From assembly GCA_965242965.1 (NCBI GenBank), contig OZ251518.1, forward strand, positions 4,864,001 through 4,928,000: DNA of 64,000 nucleotides, given 5' to 3'. Shown piece after piece: positions 51,554-59,805 of this stretch. The DNA comes from Candidatus Poribacteria bacterium. Lineage in GTDB: Bacteria > Poribacteria > WGA-4E > WGA-3G. Below the pieces are notes generated by a model. That model ran no database searches. It saw only the letters and a program-made list of their open reading frames with translations, and had not been told where the DNA came from. A program made the translations under genes and the position numbers. Positions within the stretch are counted from its first letter, which is position 1; every line of letters begins with the position of its first letter.

Positions 51554-52153
51554 ATGAATGAAAATAGGATAGCGATCATCAATCGCATCCTCAAAAATGA
51601 GGGGCCCGGATGGCACTCAGAAGGCTCGTATCGCGGGATTATGCCGGGCTCTTATCAGGAGTTTCAGCATGCCACCGGGGAAACGGTCCCGCATCAGGAA
51701 CTTCCATCACACGGTGAAACCGTCATCAAGTTTTACGAATGGTACCTTGAGGCGTATCACACGTGGGAGCTCCCCGAATTCCTACAGTATATCCACGCCG
51801 ACTTTGCGACGAACGCCGGTTCCGCTGCCACACGGATAATCCAGCGGATCGTCGGTGCAACTGTTGATGGGATGTGGGGTCCCCAGACGCGGGCTGCAGT
51901 CGCGCGGTTTTTCTCCGAAAACACGGTTGAGACGCAGGGCGTGGGTTTTGATAACGAGCTGATCGACCGCTACGATGCAGAAAAGCGGCAACATTATCGG
52001 CGGCTCGCGCGGAAAAATCCTGAGAAATATAAGCACTATCTTAGAGGATGGCTCAACCGGTGCGACCGCGTGCGCAAGCAGCTCGCAGCATATTATGAGG
52101 ATGAGATCAGTGCTGCCGGGAAAGCCTATGACGATGAGGATGATGCTTCCTAG
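51554..52153 (+). CDS. GH108-like muramidase with peptidoglycan-binding C-terminus
   Basis: NEG...GI; DFATNAG; IQRIVGATVDGMWGPQT; RGWLNR; AGGAGG RBS. Confidence 0.75.
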   Translation: MNENRIAIINRILKNEGPGWHSEGSYRGIMPGSYQEFQHATGETVPHQELPSHGETVIKFYEWYLEAYHTWELPEFLQYIHADFATNAGSAATRIIQRIVGATVDGMWGPQTRAAVARFFSENTVETQGVGFDNELIDRYDAEKRQHYRRLARKNPEKYKHYLRGWLNRCDRVRKQLAAYYEDEISAAGKAYDDEDDAS

Positions 52154-52455
52154 TGAATTGTTATTCCTTGTCGGGTTCAGGATGTCACCGCCTTGACAGC
52201 GGCGAACGTCCTGCCACTCGCCATCCTGCCTCACTACAATCGGCTCCTTGGTGTGAGGTGCTATCAACCTTGCATCAGTAATTGTAGCAAGGCGTATCGG
52301 TGGATTTTTCAGTACGTTTTCAGAGGTGCGGCAGATGAGCGTCGCCGAACTGTGCCGGCAACGCAACACGCCGCGATACCCCTCATCTGTCCGGTTTTGG
52401 GACAGCGATGTTCCAACATCACCAGCACACCGCATTTTTGACAGAGGAATGGCAC

Positions 52456-53541
52456 ATGTCAAAAAAAGTGTTCAGAATTTTGTCGATTGATGGCGGCGGT
52501 ATTCGCGGCATCATCCCCGCGATGATTCTCGCCGAAATTGAGGCGCGGACTGGGAGGAGAATTTCCCAATTGTTCAATATGATTGTTGGCACCTCAACCG
52601 GGGGCATTCTTGCCTTGGGGCTTACGATGCCAAGGCAAGGTGAGAATCACAACAACATGCCTCGGTATACGGCGGAGGAGTTAGTGGGGTTCTATCAAAC
52701 CCAAGGTAAACAGATCTTCCGTCGCTCGTTTTTGAGGCGTCTTCCATTGATTGGAAAAGTTGCCAGGTGGATGACAGCAAAATACTCGCCCGAGCACATG
52801 CAGCGCATTTTGACGAATCATTTTCAGGAGACCCGCCTGCAAGAGGCGCTGTGTGAAGTTATTATTCCGAGTTACGAACTCGGCGTTGCACGCCCCTGGT
52901 TTTTCAAAAGTGCCTGTGCCCAGAGCGACGAAACTTACGATTTTCTGATGAGAGATGTAGCTCTTGCGACAGCTGCAGCCCCAACCTATTTTCCGCCGCA
53001 CCAGATGTCTGTCATGGTGGAAAATGAAGAAACCGGAATGGGTGAGGAGCACGCCGGTAGATTCGTTGATGGCGGTGTTTACGCAAACCATCCAGCGATG
53101 TGCGCAGTGGCCGAAATCAAAATGAGATATCCTAGTGCGCAGATTTTGCTTGTCTCGTTAGGCACAGGAGAACGCGCCCTTCGGTACGAGAGAAATCGGC
53201 AACGCTGGGGAGTTTCCTTCTGGCTGAAACACATTTTGGATGTGATTTTTGATGGCGCGAGCGATACAGTGAATTATCAATTGGAGCAGTTCATGCCGTT
53301 TTTCAGCGCGTCCACCGACGACGAGGAAACAGGCTATTATCGCTTTCAATTTCAGTTGTCCGAAGGGCACACCAAGATGGACGATGTCAGCGACGACACG
53401 CTAGACAATCTCCAGGGTTTAGCGAATATCCTCATCAGGGAAGAGGAAAACGGGTTAGCTGAGGATTTGCTGCAGAGACTGACAGCAGACCGCCGTGAAG
53501 AGTTTCAACGTCTGTGTGAATTGTTGGCTGCTGATGCCTAA
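52456..53541 (+). CDS. Patatin-like phospholipase
   Basis: DGGGIRG, GTSTG, AAPTYFP, DGG, SLGTG. Confidence 0.93.
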   Translation: MSKKVFRILSIDGGGIRGIIPAMILAEIEARTGRRISQLFNMIVGTSTGGILALGLTMPRQGENHNNMPRYTAEELVGFYQTQGKQIFRRSFLRRLPLIGKVARWMTAKYSPEHMQRILTNHFQETRLQEALCEVIIPSYELGVARPWFFKSACAQSDETYDFLMRDVALATAAAPTYFPPHQMSVMVENEETGMGEEHAGRFVDGGVYANHPAMCAVAEIKMRYPSAQILLVSLGTGERALRYERNRQRWGVSFWLKHILDVIFDGASDTVNYQLEQFMPFFSASTDDEETGYYRFQFQLSEGHTKMDDVSDDTLDNLQGLANILIREEENGLAEDLLQRLTADRREEFQRLCELLAADA

Positions 53542-53734
53542 CCGTGACATAAGCGGTTGGGAACTCCACCGCGCCCGCGGTTAGATTCGCCTGCCACGCC
53601 ACTGGAGCGGCAACGTGAAATACGAGGGCGGATAGCGAGAGCAGTCCTAACAATCCGACGGATGAAAAGTTGGATCGAAATCGCAACCAGGGGGTTGCGC
53701 CTACTGGGAAAGAGCGTCTCTCACGACAGGAGAC

Positions 53735-53960
53735 TCCTCATCCTGGGAATCTTGTAAATCTTGTCCATCCTGATTCAGACAGACGAAAACACGGGCGGGC
53801 ACACGAGCCCGCACACAACCTCCGTAGGCGCGGTTTGAAACCGCGCCTACCGGTTGGAAACCGTAGGGCGAGGGCCTGTCCCTCGCCTTGCATCAAAATC
53901 CGAATGAGGGTGGATGTCCATATCCGCCCTCTTCAGTAGGAGGGACCTCCTGGTCCCGAT
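53735..53960. repeat. Mixed repeat cluster
   Basis: AATCTTGTAAATC units, GTAGGCGCGGTTTGAAACCGCGCCTAC and a GTAG-REP. Confidence 0.8.
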
Positions 53961-53981
53961 ACACAACAAGGAGAAATCCAA

Positions 53982-55637
53982 ATGAAAAAATTGACGGTTT
54001 TAACTTTGATTCTGGTGTTAACTGCCTTGGCGCAGTTAACCGCGCCGCCCGTGCAAGCAGAGGTCTCTATTCCGGATGCCGAGTTAGCCAATGCCATCCG
54101 TGAAGCCCTTGAACTGCCGGCAGATGCGGCCATCACGGCGGAGGCGATGCGCGAGTTAACGCGGTTTTCTGCAGCCTTCACGGAGATAGCAGATTTCACC
54201 GGGCTGGAGCATGCAGTCAACTTGACGTGGCTGAATCTCGGCAACACCGATGTCTCGGATGTCTCTCTGCTGGCAAGCCTCACAAACTTGACGGAGCTGG
54301 CTTTCTGGCAAACCGCCGTCTCGGATGTCTCGGCACTGGCAAACCTGACAAACTTGAAGACGCTGAATCTCGGCATCACCGCCGTCTCGGATATCTCGCC
54401 GCTGGCAAGTCTCACAAACTTGACGGAGCTGAATCTCAGCAGCACCGCCGTCTCGGATATCTCGCCGCTGGCAAGTCTCACAAACTTGGAGTCGCTGGTT
54501 CTCCAGAACACCGCTGTCTCGGATGTCTCGCCGCTGGCAAGTCTCACAAACTTGGAGTCGCTGGTTCTCAGCTACACCGATGTCTCGGATATCTCGCCGC
54601 TGGCAAGCCTCACAAACTTGACGGGGCTGTTTCTCGGCGGCACCGCCGTCTCGGATGTCTCGCCGCTGGCAAGTCTCACAAACTTGACGGAGCTGAATCT
54701 CAGCAGCACCGCCGTCTCGGATATCTCGCCGCTGGCAAGTCTCACAAACTTGACGTGGCTGAATCTCCGCGACACCGATGTCTCGGATATCTCGCCGCTG
54801 GCAAGTCTCACAAACTTGACGGTGCTGTATCTCATCGACACCGCCGTCTCGGATGTGTCGCCTTTGCTAGGGTTGAGTCTGCCCGGAACAGATTGGGACA
54901 GCACTGGGCTGTACCTTTCGGGCTGCCCGCTAAGTTACGCCTCTCTCTACACGCATATTCCTGCGTTGCAGGCGAAGGGGATAGAGGTGGAATTTGACAA
55001 TGTCGCGGATGTGAATGGGGATGGTGTCGTCAACATTCAGGATTTGGTGCTGATTGCCGGTCAGTTCGGGAAAACGGGTGAGCACGTTGCGGATGTGAAC
55101 GGCGATGGTGTTGTTAACATCCTGGATCTGGTGTGGGTTGCGGGTGCGTTTGGGGAAGGTGCGGCTGCACCGTCGGTGCGTGCGGTTTCGCGGGCGCGTT
55201 TGACGGTATCGGATGTAGAGGGATGGTTGATTGAAGCGCGGGGGTTGATTCGTTCGGGTTCGGGGGATGCATCGAGACCGGGGGGTCTCTCCTACGGGCG
55301 CGGGATTGCAGTGTTGGAGCAGCTGCTCGCCAACCTCATTCCAAAGGAGACTGCACTGCTCTCCAATTATCCGAATCCGTTCAATCCAGAGACGTGGATA
55401 CCGTATCAATTGTCAAAACCTGCTGAGATCACGGTGACGATTTATGCGGCGAACGGTGCGGTGGTTCGGACGTTAGACCTCGGGCATCGGCGTGCAGGGA
55501 GTTATGACAGTCGGCATCGTGCGGCGTATTGGGATGGCCGGAATGCACAGGGAGAACCCGTTGCAAGCGGTGTCTATTTCTATACGTTGACCGCGGGCGA
55601 TTTCTCCGCAACGCGGAAGATGGTCATTCGGAAGTAA
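53982..55637 (+). CDS. Internalin-like LRR protein with dockerin-like repeats and C-terminal FlgD/T9SS-like Ig domain
   Basis: Signal peptide; IPDAELANAI cap; ten 22-aa LRRs; DVNGDGVVNI twice; NYPNPFNPETW...WDGRN...SGVYFY. Confidence 0.92.
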   Translation: MKKLTVLTLILVLTALAQLTAPPVQAEVSIPDAELANAIREALELPADAAITAEAMRELTRFSAAFTEIADFTGLEHAVNLTWLNLGNTDVSDVSLLASLTNLTELAFWQTAVSDVSALANLTNLKTLNLGITAVSDISPLASLTNLTELNLSSTAVSDISPLASLTNLESLVLQNTAVSDVSPLASLTNLESLVLSYTDVSDISPLASLTNLTGLFLGGTAVSDVSPLASLTNLTELNLSSTAVSDISPLASLTNLTWLNLRDTDVSDISPLASLTNLTVLYLIDTAVSDVSPLLGLSLPGTDWDSTGLYLSGCPLSYASLYTHIPALQAKGIEVEFDNVADVNGDGVVNIQDLVLIAGQFGKTGEHVADVNGDGVVNILDLVWVAGAFGEGAAAPSVRAVSRARLTVSDVEGWLIEARGLIRSGSGDASRPGGLSYGRGIAVLEQLLANLIPKETALLSNYPNPFNPETWIPYQLSKPAEITVTIYAANGAVVRTLDLGHRRAGSYDSRHRAAYWDGRNAQGEPVASGVYFYTLTAGDFSATRKMVIRK

Positions 55638-55654
55638 AAAACCGTCTCCGTTCA

Positions 55655-56475
55655 CCGTAGGGCGAGGGCCTGTCCCTCGCCATGCGCCGGTCTGAGCAAC
55701 AAACGTCCGTGGCCTCTTGGGCTTCGGGCGTTTCTCGTTTCGGCGGAGAGATCGCGGGGGACAGGCCCCCGCGCTACGTTCCAAGCAGCGTTTTTCGTTT
55801 GGATCGAACACTCGCGGGGGCCTGTCCCTCGCGCTACAAAAACAGTGGCGTTTCCGCTCGGGGTTTAAGGTCTGTAAGACCTTAATGTCTATAGCACCGC
55901 GCGACACGATGAACCTAAGGGCCTTTAGGTCCTTAATGTGTAGTTGTGCTGTATGTCTCGTTTCATTAAGGTCCTAACTGACCTTGAAAACGGTGGCATG
56001 TCCGTTTTTCTATAGACATGCAGGTCCTAAAGGACCTGAAGAGGCATCCATTGCAAAAAACGCTAGCGGCGCGGGAGATAATCCTGTAAATCGTGTAAAT
56101 CTTGTGAATCCTGCTTCAGACAACCAAAGGCTCGCGGGGGACAGATAATTTGTCTCATCTCTGTAGGTCAAGATCGCCCGCTCTTGACCTGTTCGGGAGC
56201 AGGCACTCCCGAACTACTTAGGTTCATCCTGCTTCAGCCAATTAGCATCGCGGGGGACAGGCCCCCGCGCTACGAACTACGGACGTTTTTCGTTATGGCA
56301 TTAAAGCATTGAGACCGGGAAGAATCTCCTACCGGGGAGACAGAGGCATCGAGACCAGGAGGTCTCTCCTACCGGGATGTATTGATACCGGGAGGGTGCA
56401 CCTACGCGTCTGGGTAGGCGGGACATCCTTGTCCCGATACGAAACACATCGAGACCGGGAGGTCTCTCCTACAAG
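55655..56475. repeat. Mixed repeat cluster between convergent genes
   Basis: GTAG-REPs, CTATAGACAT/AGGTCC..GGACCT element, AATCCTG units. Confidence 0.9.
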
Positions 56476-56527
56476 AGCACCGGCAAACAGAAGCGAACAA
56501 CTGAATTGCGATGCAGTAAAACGAGGG

Positions 56528-58582
56528 TTACGCTTCAAGCATTTCCGCGAACGCATCCACTTCCGTTGTCGGAACCTGACACGCATAATTCTCACAGACA
56601 TAAGCCGTCGCGCTCGCATCTATCGTCGTCTTGCCTGCAAGAAGCGGTAACGTGGAACTCGCCGTAGACGCAGCCGCGGCAACGATTTTGTTCGGCAGGT
56701 ATCGTTCGTGCAATGCGGCGAGCATCGCATCCGGTGCCTGCCCGACAATCGCAATCTCCTTCGGCGTGGAAAGCAGGAACGCTAATTCACAGAGCAACTG
56801 CCCGGAACCAGAAGGCATCGCCTCCATCTGATGATAGTAGAGTTTCAGCGTTTCCACCGCTTTGTCGTGGAATTCCGGTTTGTCTAGGTGTTTCGCGAGG
56901 CGGAGGAGGCTGTGAATTGCCATAGATGCCCCAGCCGGTGTGGCACCATCGTAAGCAGATTTGGACTGCACGATAAGTGTCTCGTGCGCTTTGCCGGTGA
57001 AGAAGAAACCGCCGCCGGTTTCATCCCCGAACTGCTCAATCATCAGGTGCGCAAGACGTTCCGCCTCGGCGAGCCAGCGCGGCTCAAAACTAGCCTCGTA
57101 AAGGGCAATGAGGCCGGCGATAAAATAGGCGTAATCCTCAAGGTAGGCGTTGAGATGACTCTTGCCGGCGCGGTGCGTGCGTAACAGGAGTCCATCTTCT
57201 TGTGAGAGCGTCGTCAAGACGAATTCGGCGGAGTTTTCGCACGCCGCGAGGTATTCCGGTTTCCCCGTGAGTTGGTAACCCATCGCCATGCCGCGGAGCA
57301 TGAGCCCATTCCAACTCGTCAAGATTTTGTCGTCAAGCCCCGGTTTAATCCGTTTCTCTCTGGCAGCGAAGAGTTTTTGTCTGCCTTCGGCGAGAAGTGC
57401 CTCCAACTCGTTCAATTCCATCTGCAGTTTTCGGGCAAAAATGTCCGATGGGGTTTGGATGTGGAGGATATTTTCGCCTTCAAAGTTGCCTTGCGGCGTG
57501 ATGTCGTAGAACTCACAGAAGATTTTCGCGTTCTCTTCGCCGAGCAGTTCTTCCACTTCAGACGGTTCCCAGACGAAGAACTTGCCTTCTACGCCTTCAC
57601 TATCGGCATCTTGCGTAGAATAGAAGCCGCCGTTATCTGCGTCATACATCTCCCGCAGCACGTAGTCAAGCGTCTCCGTTGCGATGTCGCGATAGAACGG
57701 CTTCTGCGTCGCTTGGAACGCCTCAAAATAGGCGACAACGAGTTGCGCGTTATCGTAAAGCATTTTCTCGAAATGCGGGACGAGCCAGCGCGCATCGGTG
57801 GAATAACGGTGGAAACCGCCGCCAACCTGGTCATACATACCGCCGCGCGCCATCTTTTCCAGCGTGAGTTCAACCATCTCCAACGCTTGGAGGGTGCCGC
57901 TGTGGTGCCAATAGCGAAGAAGGAACGGCAATCCCATGCTCGGCGGAAACTTCGGCGCGGTGCCGAAACCGCCATCGTGCGAATCAAATTGCGAACAGTA
58001 GTGGTGAAAGGCGTTTTCCATCAACTGCTCGGTGAACTCCTGTCCATGCGGGTCCGCGGCACTACTCACGCGCGCAAGGTGCGCCGTAATCTGGTCTGCT
58101 TGTTGTAGCACCTGTGCATGCTGCTCGCGATACGCTTCCGCGACGGCGTGCATCACCTTCGGGAATCCAGGCCTGCCATACCGGTCTGTCGGTGGGTAAT
58201 AGGTGCCGCCGTAGAAAGGTTTGAGGGCCGGCGTGAGGAAGACAGTCATCGGCCAGCCGCCGGTGCGCGTCATGAATTGGACGGCATTCATGTAGATTTC
58301 GTCTAAATCGGGGCGTTCCTCCCTGTCCACCTTGATGTTAACGAAAAGTTCGTTCATGACAGCGGCGATCTCGTCGTTTTCAAAGGATTCGCGTTCCATG
58401 ACGTGGCACCAATGACAGGCGGAGTAGCCGATGCTCAGCAAGATGGGTTTATTCTCGCGTTTGGCGTGCGCCAATGCCTCTTCGCCCCACGGATACCAGT
58501 CGACAGGATTGTGCGCGTGCTGGAGAAGGTAAGGGCTCGTCTCATAGATGAGTCGGTTAGTGTGCTTCGGGGTATCGTTCAT
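56528..58582 (-). CDS. Thioredoxin domain-containing protein (YyaL/DUF255 family)
   Basis: [44 protein letters not shown]. Confidence 0.95.
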   Translation of the reverse strand: MNDTPKHTNRLIYETSPYLLQHAHNPVDWYPWGEEALAHAKRENKPILLSIGYSACHWCHVMERESFENDEIAAVMNELFVNIKVDREERPDLDEIYMNAVQFMTRTGGWPMTVFLTPALKPFYGGTYYPPTDRYGRPGFPKVMHAVAEAYREQHAQVLQQADQITAHLARVSSAADPHGQEFTEQLMENAFHHYCSQFDSHDGGFGTAPKFPPSMGLPFLLRYWHHSGTLQALEMVELTLEKMARGGMYDQVGGGFHRYSTDARWLVPHFEKMLYDNAQLVVAYFEAFQATQKPFYRDIATETLDYVLREMYDADNGGFYSTQDADSEGVEGKFFVWEPSEVEELLGEENAKIFCEFYDITPQGNFEGENILHIQTPSDIFARKLQMELNELEALLAEGRQKLFAAREKRIKPGLDDKILTSWNGLMLRGMAMGYQLTGKPEYLAACENSAEFVLTTLSQEDGLLLRTHRAGKSHLNAYLEDYAYFIAGLIALYEASFEPRWLAEAERLAHLMIEQFGDETGGGFFFTGKAHETLIVQSKSAYDGATPAGASMAIHSLLRLAKHLDKPEFHDKAVETLKLYYHQMEAMPSGSGQLLCELAFLLSTPKEIAIVGQAPDAMLAALHERYLPNKIVAAAASTASSTLPLLAGKTTIDASATAYVCENYACQVPTTEVDAFAEMLEA

Positions 58583-58803
58583 TTGGGTTTTTCTCCAACT
58601 TGTAAGCGCGCTGACGTAGGCGAGACCTCCCGGTCTCGATGAGATAAGGCGGTTTTTCCAACTTGCATGCACGCTGACAACAAGTGCCAGAGTTTTGGAC
58701 AGATTCGGCAGCGTCCTTGACAACTAAAAGCCTGCGATAACTTCATCGCTGCGAAATGACAAGACGCAAGGGAAACGTAATCCTGAAAATCTTGTATGAA
58801 AGA

Positions 58804-58875
58804 TAGCGCTACGGGGATTCGAACCCCGGTTTGGTGGCTGAGAACCACCCGTCCTGACCCCTAGACGATAGCGCC
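58804..58875 (-). tRNA. tRNA-Glu (CTC)
   Basis: GGCGCTATCGTCTAG...GGTGG-TTCTCAG-CCACC...GGTTCGAATCC...TAGCGCTA; CCA not encoded. Confidence 0.95.
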
Positions 58876-58882
58876 ACAAAAA

Positions 58883-58953
58883 CTGCCCGGGAAGGACTCG
58901 AACCTTCACTACGTGGTCCAGAGCCACGCGTCCTACCATTAGACGACCGGGCA
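58883..58953 (-). tRNA. tRNA-Gln (CTG)
   Basis: TGCCCGGTCGTCTAATGG...CGTGG-CTCTGGA-CCACG...GGTTCGAGTCC...CCGGGCAG. Confidence 0.95.
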
Positions 58954-58970
58954 AATTGCCGTTGATATTA

Positions 58971-58999
58971 ATTATACCTTAATCATTGCCGTTTGTCAA
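58971..58999 (-). promoter_or_regulatory. Sigma70 promoter of the tRNA pair
   Basis: TTGACA-17 bp-TATAAT just upstream of tRNA-Gln. Confidence 0.8.
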
Positions 59000-59074
59000 A
59001 TTTTTTTTAATGTTTTTTACCACAATTTTGGAAATTTGTCAATTCTGTGGAGATTTGGGTCTTAAAAAGAGCCT

Positions 59075-59805
59075 TCCCGGTCTCGATGCATCCCCGGTAG
59101 GAGAGACCTCCTGGTCTCGATGTTCCCGTAGGAGAGACCTCCTGGTCTCGATTTTGAGGTATCGGGAAGACATTGACGCATCCGCTGTCATTTGCAAGAG
59201 CGCGGTGACAGGCCCCGCGCTATGGGAAAAAACGGTCCCCTTCACCGTAGGGCGAGGGCCTGTCCCTCGCCATGCACCGATCGCGGGGGACAGGCCCCCG
59301 CGCTACGGTGCGCGAACGTGTTGCGTGATGCTCGCGGGTGAAACCCGCTTGGATGCGCGTGTGGCATCCGAGGAGCCCCGCGCTGCGGTGAAAAAACGCC
59401 GCCCTTTGACGTAGGGCGAGGGCCTGTCCCTCGCCATGCACCGATCGCGGGTGAAACCCTCTCGGATGCGCGTGTGGCATCCGAGGGGCCCCGCGCTACG
59501 GTGAAAAAAACGCCGCCCCTCATCGTAGGGCGAGGGCCTGTCCCTCGCCATGCACCGATCGCGGGGGACAGGCCCCCGCGCTACGGTGCGCGAGCATGTT
59601 GAGTGATGCATAGGGGTGAAACCCGCTTGGATGCGCGTGTGGCATCCGAGGGGCCCCGCGCTGCAGTGAAAAAAACGCCTTCCCTTCACGTAGCGCGAGG
59701 GCCTGTCCCTCGCCATGCAGCGATCGCGGGGGACAGGCCCCCGCGCTACGGTGCGCGAAAGGTGTTGCGCGCAATGGCATCGAGACCAGGAGGTCTCTCC
59801 TACGG
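59075..59805. repeat. REP array with nested GGATGC..GCATCC hairpins
   Basis: Repeated REP doublets and GGATGCGCGTGTGGCATCCGAG. Confidence 0.9.

Noticed and set aside
51554-52153. Prophage lysis cassette
   Set aside because: No structural, integrase, holin or spanin genes recognised
52456-53541. CBASS CapV effector
   Set aside because: No CD-NTase or Cap2/Cap3 gene nearby
54222-54880. Diversity-generating retroelement
   Set aside because: No reverse transcriptase or template repeat in the window, and the variation is not adenine-specific
58804-58953. tRNA as an island integration site, or as a linked target of the RloC-like nuclease
   Set aside because: No duplicated tRNA 3' end or integrase found, and the tRNAs are about 16 kb from the HEPN gene
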